NCBI GenBank assembly: GCA_964016885.1
Contig: OZ024742.1
Coordinates: 32,302,001-32,366,000, forward strand
Direction of reading: 5' to 3'
Origin: Eledone cirrhosa
Lineage: Eukaryota
Length of the DNA stretch: 64,000 nt
Part shown: positions 38,691 through 49,200 of the stretch, one piece after another
How the letters are laid out: the number at the start of each line of letters is the position of its first letter
Position numbering within the stretch: the stretch's first letter is position 1
Notes under the pieces: generated by a model
The model's input: the letters and a program-made list of their open reading frames with translations, nothing else
What the model was told of the DNA's origin: nothing
Databases searched by the model: none
Made by a program: the position numbers and the translations under genes

Positions 38691-39884
38691 AATTTCTTTA
38701 TTAGCCACAAGGGCACAAAAGATGGGGACAAATACAAATGGGGAGTTTACATAAAGGTATATGAAAATAAAACTTAATAAAATAAGATATGTTTCTTTTA
38801 TTTGCCACTAGGGCATCAAAAGTGGGACAAGTACAAAGGGGGGAGTTTACACAAAAAGGCGTCCTCAATAAGGAGGAGGCAATAACAAAATATAAAAATA
38901 AAATAAGATATAACAAAAAATAAAATTTATAACAAAATCCTCAATAGAGAGGAGGCGCCTTGGGGGGGTCGCACACACCCCCGAAAAAAGTGTGCAACCC
39001 TTTTCCTCAGGAGCACAGAGAGGGGGTGCTCCCTCGTTCCTTCCTCTTTTCCACCTACAGGCTTATGTAAAGAGAAGGCCCATTCACACGGGCCATTCTC
39101 GCCACTTTCACCCACCTTTCATAAAAACGACTGGGGTGCAGCACCTCTCTCTCCATCCTGATCCTTCTTCCGAAATGATATCGGAAGAAACGGACCAGTT
39201 GTTGGCCAGAGAGAAAGGTGCCTGACCTCAGTCCTTTCAGACGCGTCCACCATACAACCTCTTTCGCCATGGCTATTAAGCACAGAAACACCGCCTCTGC
39301 TTCATCTTTGAAGGGGGGAGGCGGCTTGATCATTACAATAGACTCGGTGGTCAACCGGATCGGTCCCACCCTTGACAGCAGTTGTTCGACATAGCCCCAC
39401 AGATCGGCTACGCCCGAGCAGTGTACCAATGCGTGTGCAACGGTTTCCTCGTCGCACACGCATATGGGACAGATCTTTTTGGCGGGGTCCCTACCCGGGT
39501 GCCCGTGTCTGTAGAGCCTTTCTCGAACGGGTAAAGCCCCTCGGTAGCACTGCCAGGTCAGGGACTTCTGGAAGTTGTCCATAGGTCCCGGGCTGAATGT
39601 CCTACCGAACAGGCTGGCCAGTTCGTCTTCCTCCATGTCTAGGGCTTCTCCGAGGGCGTCGTCGCACCTGCTGCGTACCAGCCCTCTATAGAATGTTGCG
39701 GTGGAGTCTCCACTGATAACCGGATCCGCCTGCCAGAGGGCGGTGAGCGCCTGGGCACACTCAGTGTGCCAGGCGCCCAGTTTTCTCGGTCTTTGCTTGA
39801 CCCAGGATTGCAGCTCGGTGAGTGAGACGAGTCTGGGAAAGGTTCGTCTCACAAACGAGGCCCACACCGGTTGTCCGGTGAGGA
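38691..39884 (-). mobile_element. Tx1/L1-group retrotransposon 3' fragment, copy 1, with an extra diverged 3' end at 38691-38789
   Basis: ORF 39055-39867 has SLTWQCYRGALPVRERL..CPIC..EETVAHALVHC (zf-RVT/CCHC end of L1/Tx1 ORF2), followed by a pyrimidine-rich 3' UTR and AATAAA; GC-rich relative to its surroundings. Confidence 0.88.
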
Positions 39885-42415
39885 AGAGATAGACAGCTAT
39901 GTGGACAAGTAGAGACAGAGATAGCTAGGTGGACAGGTAGAGAGATAGACAGCTCTGTGGACAAGTAGAGACAGAGATAGCTAGGTGGACAGGTAGAGAC
40001 AGAGATAGCTAGGTGGACAGGTAGAGAGAGAGATAGCTATGTGAACAGGTAGAGAGAGAGACAGCTGTCTCTCTCTACCTGTCCACCCAGCTATGTGGAC
40101 AGGTAGAGACAGAGAGACAGCTAGGTGGACAGGTAGAGACAGAGAGACAGCTAGGTGGACAGGTAGAGAGAGAGAGATAGCTAGGTGGACAGGTAGAGAG
40201 AGGGAGAGAGAGAGAGGTGGACAGGTAGAGAGAGAGACAGCTAGGTGGACAGGTAGAGAGAAAGAGACAGCTATGTGGACAGGTAGAAAGAGAGAGACAG
40301 CTATGTGGACAGGTAGAGGGAGAGAGACAGCTATGTGGACAGGTAGAGAGAGAGAGATAGCTAGGTGGACAGGTAGAGAGAGACAGCTAGGTGGACAGGT
40401 AGAGAGAGAGAGAGACAGCTAGGTGGACAGGTAGAGAGAGAGAGAGACAGCTAGGTGGACAGGTAGAGAGAGAGAGACAGCTAGGTGGACAGGTAGAGAG
40501 AGAGAGACAGCTAGGTGGACAGGTAGAGAGAGAGAGACAGCTAGGTGAACAGGGAGAGAGAGAGAGAGATAGCTAGGTGGACAGGTAGAGAGAGAGAGAT
40601 AGCTAGGTGGACAGGTAGAGAGAGAGAGACAGCTAGGTGGACAGGTAGAGAGAGAGACAGCTAAGTGGACAGGTAGAGAGAGTGACAGCTAAGTGGACAG
40701 GTAGAGAGAGTGACAGCTAAGTGGACAGGTAGAGAGAGTGACAGCTAAGTGGACAGGTAGGGAGAGAGAGAGACAGCTAGGTGGACAGGTAGAGAGAGAG
40801 AGACAGCTAGGGGGACAGGTAGAGAGAGAGAGAGATAGCTAGGTGGACAGGTAGAGAGAGAGAGAGACAGCTAGGTGGACAGGTAGAGAGAGAGAGAGAC
40901 AGCTAGGTGGACAGGTAGAGAGAGATAGGTGGACAGGTAGAGAAAGATAGACAGCTAGGTGGACAGGTAGAGAGAGAGAGACAGCTAGGTGGACAGGTAG
41001 AGAGAGAGAGACAGCTAGGTGGACAGGTAGAGAGAGAGAGAGACAGCTAGGTGGCCTGGTAGAGAGAGATAGCTAGGTGGACAGGTAGAGAGAGAGAGCT
41101 AGGTGGACAGGTAGAGAGAGAGAGACAGCTAGGTGGACAGGTAGAGAGAGAGAGACAGCTAGGTGGACAGGTAGAGAGAGAGACAGCTAGGTGGACAGGT
41201 AGAGAGAGAGAGACAGCTGTCTCTCTTTACCTGTCCACCTAGCTAGGTGGACAGGGAGAGAGAGTGATAGCTAGGTGGACAGGTAGAGAGAGAGAGATAG
41301 CTGTCTCTCTCTCTCTCTACCTGTCCACTTAGCTGTCTCTCTCTCTACATGTCCACCTAGCTAAGTGGACAGGTAGAGAGAGTGACAGCTAAGTGGACAG
41401 GTAGAGAGAGAGAGACAGCTAGGTGGACAGGTAGAGAGAGAGACAGCTAGGTGGACAGGTAGAGAGAGAGAGATAGCTAGGTGGACAGGTAGAGAGAGAG
41501 AGATAGCTAGGTGGACAGGTAGAGAGAGAGAGATAGCTAGGTGGACAGGTAGAGAGAGAGAGATAGCTAGGTGGACAGGTAGAGAAAGAGACAAAGGTGG
41601 ACAGGTAGAGAGAGAGAGACAGCTAGGTGGACAGGTAGAGAGAGAGAGACAGCTAGGTGAACAGGGAGAGAGAGAGAGAGAGATAGCTAGGTGGACAGGT
41701 AGAGAGAGAGAGATAGCTAGGTGGACAGGTAGAGAGAGAGAGACAGCTAGGTGGACAGGTAGAGAGAGAGATAGCTAGGTGGACAGGTAGAGAGAGAGAC
41801 AGCTAGGTGGACAGGTAGAGAGAGAGACAGCTAAGTGGACAGGTAGAGAGAGAGACAGCTAAGTGGACAGGTAGAGAGAGTGACAGCTAAGTGGACAGGT
41901 AGAGAGAGTGACAGCTAAGTGGACAGGTAGAGAGAGAGAGAGACAGCTAAGTGGACAGGTAGGGAGAGAGAGAGACAGCTAGGTGGACAGGTAGAGAGAG
42001 AGAGACAGCTAGGGGGACAGGTAGAGAGAGAGAGATAGCTAGGTGGACAGGTAGAGAGAGAGAGAGAGAGACAGCTAGGTGGACAGGTAGAGAGAGATAG
42101 GTGGACAGGTAGAGAGAGAGAGAGAGAGCTAGGTGGACAGGTAGAAAAAAATAGACAGCTAGGTGGACAGGTAGAGAGAGAGAGACAGCTAGGTGGACAG
42201 GTAGAGAGAGAGATAGCTAGGTGGACAGGTAGAGAGAGAGAGACAGCTAGGTGGACAGGTAGAGAGAGAGAGAGACAGCTAGGTGGACTGGTAGAGAGAG
42301 ATAGCTAGGTGGACAGGTAGAGAGAGAGAGACAGCTAGGTGGACAGGTAGAGAGAGAGATAGCTAGGTGGACAGGTAGAGAGAGACAGCTAGGTGGACAG
42401 GTAGAGAGAGAGATA

Positions 42416-43279
42416 AGTTTCTTTTATTTGCCACTAGGGCATCAAAAGTGGGACAAGTACAAAGGGGGGAGTTTACACAAAAAGGCGTCCTCAATAAGGA
42501 GGAGGCAATAACAAAATATAAAAATAAAATAAGATATAACAAAAATAAAATTTTTAACAAAATCCTCAATAGAGAGGAGGCGCCTTGGGGGGTCGCACAC
42601 ACCCCCGAAAAAAGTGTGCAACCCTTTTCCTCAGGAGCACAGAGAGGGGGTGCTCCCTCGTTCCTTCCTCTTTTCCACCTACAGGCTTATGTAAAGAGAA
42701 GGCCCATTCACACGGGCCATTCTCGCCACTTTCACCCACCTTTCATAAAAACGACTGGGGTGCAGCACCTATCTCTCCATCCTGATCCTTCTTCCGAAAT
42801 GATATCGGAAGAAACGGACCAGTTGTTGGCCAGAGAGAAAGGTGCCTGACCTCAGTCCTTTCAGACGCGTCCACCATACAACCTCTTTCGCCATGGCTAT
42901 TACGCACAGAAACACCGCCTCTGCTTCATCTTTGAAGGGGGGAGGCGACTTGATCATTACAATAGACTCGGTGGTCAACCGGATCGGTCCCACCCTTGAC
43001 AGCAGTTGTTCGACATAGCCCCACAGATCGGCTACGCCCGAGCAGTGTACCAATGCGTGTGCAACGGTTTCCTCGTCGCACACGCATCTGGGACAGATCT
43101 TTTTGGCGGGGTCCCTACCCGGGCGCCCGTATCTGTAGAGCCTTTCTCGAACGGGTAAAGCCCCTCGGTAGCACTGCCAGGCCAGGGACTTCTGGAAGTT
43201 GTCCATAGGTCCCGGGCTGAATGTCCTACCGAACAGGCTGGCCAGTTCGTCCTCCTCCATGTCTAGGGCTTCTCCGAGG
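42416..43279 (-). mobile_element. Tx1/L1-group retrotransposon 3' fragment, copy 2, 11-bp TSD
   Basis: Near-identical to 38790-39654 but more 5'-truncated; AGAGAGAGATA at 42405-42415 and 43280-43290. Confidence 0.9.
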
Positions 43280-46200
43280 AGAGAGAGATAGCTAGGTGGA
43301 CAGGTAGAGAGAGAGATAGCTAGGTGGACAGGTAGAGAGAGTGAGACAGCTAGGTGGACAGGTAGAGAGAGAGAGACAGCTAGGTGGACAGGTAGAGAGA
43401 GAGAGACAGCTGTCTCTCTTTACCTGTCCACCTAGCTAGGTGGACAGGGAGAGAGAGTGATAGCTAGGTGGACAGGTAGAGAGAGAGAGATAGCTGTCTC
43501 TCTCTCTCTCTACCTGTCCACTTAGCTAGGTGGACATGTAGAGAGAGAGACAGCTAAGTGGACAGGTAGAGAGAGTGACAGCTAAGTGGACAGGTAGAGA
43601 GAGAGAGACAGCTAGGTGGACAGGTAGAGAGAGAGACAGCTAGGTGGACAGGTAGAGAGAGAGATAGCTAGGTGGACAGGTAGAGAGAGAGAGATAGCTA
43701 GGTGGACAGGTAGAGAGAGAGACAGCTAGGTGGACAGGTAGAGAGAGACAGCTAGGTGGACAGGTAGAGAGAGAGAGACAGCTGTCTCTCTTTACCTGTC
43801 CACCTAGTTAGGTGGAGAGGTAGAGAGAGTGATAGCTAGGTGGACAGGTAGAGAGAGAGAGATAGCTAGGTGGACAGGTAGAGAGATAGAGACAGCTAAG
43901 TGGACAGGTAGAGAGAGAGAGACAGCTAGGTGGACAGGTAGAGAGATAGAGACAGCTAGGTGGACATGTAGAGAGAGAGACAGCTAAGTGGACAGGTAGA
44001 GAGACAGCTAGGTGGACAGGTAGAGAGAGAGACAGCTAGGTGGACAGGTAGAGAGAGACAGCTAGGTGAACAGGTAGAGAGAGAGAGATAGCTATGTGGA
44101 CAGATAGATAGAGAGAGAGACAGCTAGGTGGACAGGTAGAGAGAGAGAGAGAGACAGCTAGGTGGACAGGTAGAGAGAGAGAGAGAGACAGCTAGGTGGA
44201 CAGGTAGAGAGAGAGAGAGAGACAGCTAGGTGGACAGGTAGAGAGACAGCTAGGTGGACATGTAGAGAGAGAGAAAGATAGCTAGGTGGACAGTTAGAGA
44301 GAGAGAAAGATAGCTAGGTGGACAGTTAGAGAGAGAGACAGATAGGTGGACAGGTAGAGAGACAGACAGCTAGGTGGACAGGTAGAGAGAGAGAGACAGC
44401 TAGGTGGACAGGTAGAGAGAGAGACAGCTAGGGGGACAGGTAGAGAGAGAGAGATAGCTAGGTGGACAGGTAGAGAGAGAGAGAGACAGCTAGATGGACA
44501 GGTAGAGAGAGATAGGTGGACAGGTAGAGAGAGAGAGAGAGCTAGGTGGACAGGTAGAGAAAGATAGACAGCTAGGTGGACAGGTAGAGAGAGAGAGACA
44601 GCTAGGTGGACAGGTAGAGAGAGACAGCTAGGTGGACAGGTAGAGAGAGAGATAGCTAGGTGGACAGGTAGAGAGAGTGAGACAGCTAGGTGGACAGGTA
44701 GAGAGAGAGAGACAGCTAGGTGGACAGAGAGAGACAGCTGTCTCTCTTTACCTGTCCACCTAGCTAGGTGGACAGGGAGAGAGAGTGATAGCTAGGTGGA
44801 CAGGTAGAGAGAGAGAGATAGCTGTCTCTCTCTCTCTCTACCTGTCCACTTAGCTGTCTCTCTCTCTACATGTCCACCTAGCTAAGTGGACAGGTAGAGA
44901 GAGTGACAGCTAAGTGGACAGGTAGAGAGAGAGACAGCTAGGTGGACAGGTAGAGAGAGAGACAGCTAGGTGGACAGGTAGAGAGAGAGACAGCTAGGTG
45001 GACAGGTAGAGAGAGACAGCTAGGTGGACAGGTAGAGAGAGAGAGACAGCTGTCTCTCTTTACCTGTCCACCTAGTTAGGTGGACAGGTAGAGAGAGTGA
45101 TAGCTAGGTGGACAGGTAGAGAGAGAGAGATAGCTAGGTGGACAGGTAGAGAGATAGAGACAGCTAAGTGGACAGGTAGAGAGATAGAGACAGATAAGTG
45201 GACAGGTAGAGAGATAGAGACAGCTAGGTGGACAGGTAGAGAGAGAAAGACAGCTAGGTGGACAGGTAGAGAGATAGAGACAGCTAGGTGGACATGTAGA
45301 GAGAGAGACAGCTAAGTGGACAGGTAGAGAGAGAGACAGCTAAGTGGACAGGTAGAGAGACAGCTAGGTGGACAGGTAGAGAGAGAGAGATAGCTATGTG
45401 GACAGATAGATAGAGAGAGAGACAGCTAGGTGGACAGGTAGAGAGAGAGAGAGAGAGACAGCTAGGTGGACAGGTAGAGAGAGAGAGAGAGACAGCTAGG
45501 TGGACAGGTAGAGAGAGAGAGAGAGACAGCTAGGTGGACAGGTAGAGAGACAGCTAGGTGGACATGTAGAGAGAGAGAAAGATAGCTAGGTGGACAGTTA
45601 GAGAGAGAGACAGATAGGTGGACAGGTAGAGAGAGAGACAGCTAGGTGGACAGGTAGAGAGAGAGAGACAGCTAGGTGGACAGGTAGAGAGAGAGACAGC
45701 TAGGTGGACAGGTAGAGAGAGAGAGAGACAGTTAGGTGGACAGGTATAGAGAGAGACAGCTAGGTGGACAGGTAGAGAGAGAGAGACAGCTAGGTGGACA
45801 GGTAGAGAGATACAGCTAAGAGGGCAGGTAGAGAGAGAGAGAGAGATAGCTAGGTGGACAGGTAGAGAGACAGCTAAGTGGACAGGTAGAGAGACCGCTA
45901 GGTGGAAGGTAGAGAGACAGCTAGGTGGACAGGTAGAGAGACAGCTAGGTGGACAGGTAGAGAGACAGCTAGGTGGACAGGTAGAGAGACAACTAAGTGG
46001 ACAGGTACAGAGACAGCTAGGTGGACAGGTAGAGAGACAGCTAGGTGGACAGGTAGAGAGACAGCTAAGTGGACAGGTAGAGAGACAGCTAAGTGGACAG
46101 GTAGAGAGACAGCTAAGTGGACAGGTAGAGAGACAGCTAAGTGGACAGGTAGAGAGACAGCTAGGTGGACAGGTAGAGAGACAGCTAGGTGGACAGGTAG

Positions 46201-49200
46201 AGAGACAGCTAGGTGGACAGGTAGAGAGACAGCTAAGTGGACAGGTAGAGAGACAACTAGGTGGACAGGTACAGAGACAGCGAGGTGGACAGGTAGAGAG
46301 ACAGCTAGGTGGACAGGTAGAGAGACAGCTAAGTGGACAGGTAGAGAGACAGCTAAGTGGACAGGTAGAGACAGCTAAGTGGACAGGTAGAGAGACAGCT
46401 AGGTGGACAGGTAGAGAGACAGCTAGGTGGACAGGTAGAGAGACAGCTAAGTGGACAGGTAGAGAGACAGCTAAGTGGACAGGTAGAGAGACAGCTAGGT
46501 GGACAGGTAGAGAGACAGCTAAGTGGACAGGTAGAGAGACAGCTAGGTGGACAGGTAGAGAGACAGCTAAGTGGACAGGTAGAGAGACAGCTAGGTGGAC
46601 AGGTAGAGAGACATCTAAGTGGACAGGTATAGAGACAGCTAAGTGGACAGGTAGAGAGACAGCTAGGTGGACAGGTAGAGAGAGAGAGACAGCTAGGTGG
46701 ACAGGTAGAGAGAGACAGCTAGGTGGACAGGTAGAGAGAGACAGCTAGGTGGACAGGTATGGAGAGAGACAGCTAGGTGGACAGGTATGGAGAGAGACAG
46801 CTAGATGGACAGGTAGAGAGAGAGACAGCTAGGTGGACATGTAGAGAGAGAGAGACAGCTAGATGGACAGGTAGAGAGAGACAACTAGGTGCACAGGTAG
46901 AGAGAGAGATAGCTAGGTGGACAGGTAGAGAGAGAGAGAGACAGCTAGGTGGACAGGTAGAGAGAGAGACAGCTAGGTGGACAGGTAGAGAGAGAGACAG
47001 CTAGGTAGACAGGTAGAGAGAGAGATAGGTGGACAGGTAGAGAGAGAGAGAGACAGCTAGGTGGACAGGTAGAGAGAGACAGCTAGGTGGACAGGTAGAG
47101 AGAGACAGCTAGGTGGACAGGTATGGAGAGAGACAGCTAGGTGGACAGGTATGGAGAGAGACAGCTAGATGGACAGGTAGAGAGAGAGACAGCTAGGTGG
47201 ACATGTAGAGAGAGAGAGACAGCTAGATGGACAGGTAGAGAGAGACAACTAGGTGCACAGGTAGAGAGAGAGATAGCTAGGTGGACAGGTAGAGAGAGAG
47301 AGAGACAGCTAGGTGGACAGGTAGAGAGAGAGACAGCTAGGTGGACAGGTAGAGAGAGACAGCTAGGTGGACATGTAGAGAGAGAGAGAGATTGATAGGT
47401 GGACATGTAGAGAGAGAGAGAGCTAGGTGGACAGGTAGAGAGAGAGAGAGACAGCTAGGTGGACAGGTAGAGAGAGAGAGAGACAGCTAGGTGGACAGGT
47501 AGAGAGAGAGAGACAGCTAGGTGTACAGGTAGAGAGAGAGAGAGCTAGGTGGACAGATAGATAGAGAGAGAGACAGCTAGGTGGACAGGTAGAGAGAGAG
47601 AGAGAGAGACAGCTAGGTGGACAGGTAGAGAGAGAGAGAGAGACAGCTAGGTGGACAGGTAGAGAGAGAGAGAGAGACAGCTAGGTGGACAGGTAGAGAG
47701 AGAGAGAGAGACAGCTAGGTGGACAGGTAGAGAGACAGCTAGGTGGACATGTAGAGAGAGAGAAAGATAGCTAGGTGGACAGTTAGAGAGAGAGACAGAT
47801 AGGTGGACAGGTAGAGAGAGAGACAGCTAGGTGGACAGGTAGAGAGAGAGAGACAGCTAGGTGGACAGGTAGAGAGAGAGACAGCTAGGTGGACAGGTAG
47901 AGAGAGAGAGAGACAGTTAGGTGGACAGGTATAGAGAGAGACAGCTAGGTGGACAGGTAGAGAGAGAGAGACAGCTAGGTGGACAGGTAGAGAGATACAG
48001 CTAAGAGGGCAGGTAGAGAGAGAGAGAGAGACAGCTAGGTGGACAGGTAGAGAGACAGCTAAGTGGACAGGTAGAGAGACCGCTAGGTGGAAGGTAGAGA
48101 GACAGCTAGGTGGACAGGTAGAGAGACAGCTAGGTGGACAGGTAGAGAGACAGCTAGGTGGACAGGTAGAGAGACAACTAAGTGGACAGGTACAGAGACA
48201 GCTAGGTGGACAGGTAGAGAGACAGCTAGGTGGACAGGTAGAGAGACAGCTAAGTGGACAGGTAGAGAGACAGCTAAGTGGACAGGTAGAGAGACAGCTA
48301 AGTGGACAGGTAGAGAGACAGCTAGGTGGACAGGTAGAGAGACAGCTAGGTGGACAGGTAGAGAGACAGCTAGGTGGACAGGTAGAGAGACAGCTAAGTG
48401 GACAGGTAGAGAGACAACTAGGTGGACAGGTACAGAGACAGCGAGGTGGACAGGTAGAGAGACAGCTAGGTGGACAGGTAGAGAGACAGCTAAGTGGACA
48501 GGTAGAGAGACAGCTAAGTGGACAGGTAGAGACAGCTAAGTGGACAGGTAGAGAGACAGCTAGGTGGACAGGTAGAGAGACAGCTAGGTGGACAGGTAGA
48601 GAGACAGCTAAGTGGACAGGTAGAGAGACAGCTAAGTGGACAGGTAGAGAGACAGCTAGGTGGACAGGTAGAGAGACAGCTAAGTGGACAGGTAGAGAGA
48701 CAGCTAGGTGGACAGGTAGAGAGACAGCTAAGTGGACAGGTAGAGAGACAGCTAGGTGGACAGGTAGAGAGACATCTAAGTGGACAGGTATAGAGACAGC
48801 TAAGTGGACAGGTAGAGAGACAGCTAGGTGGACAGGTAGAGAGAGAGAGACAGCTAGGTGGACAGGTAGAGAGAGACAGCTAGGTGGACAGGTAGAGAGA
48901 GACAGCTAGGTGGACAGGTATGGAGAGAGACAGCTAGGTGGACAGGTATGGAGAGAGACAGCTAGATGGACAGGTAGAGAGAGAGACAGCTAGGTGGACA
49001 TGTAGAGAGAGAGAGACAGCTAGATGGACAGGTAGAGAGAGACAACTAGGTGCACAGGTAGAGAGAGAGATAGCTAGGTGGACAGGTAGAGAGAGAGAGA
49101 GACAGCTAGGTGGACAGGTAGAGAGAGAGACAGCTAGGTGGACAGGTAGAGAGAGAGACAGCTAGGTAGACAGGTAGAGAGAGAGATAGGTGGACAGGTA

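Noticed and set aside
45902-48539. ORFs encoding (ETARWTGR)n and similar repeat peptides
   Set aside because: A by-product of a 24-bp monomer with one stop-free frame; no credible start, splice sites or domain; antisense to the host intron.
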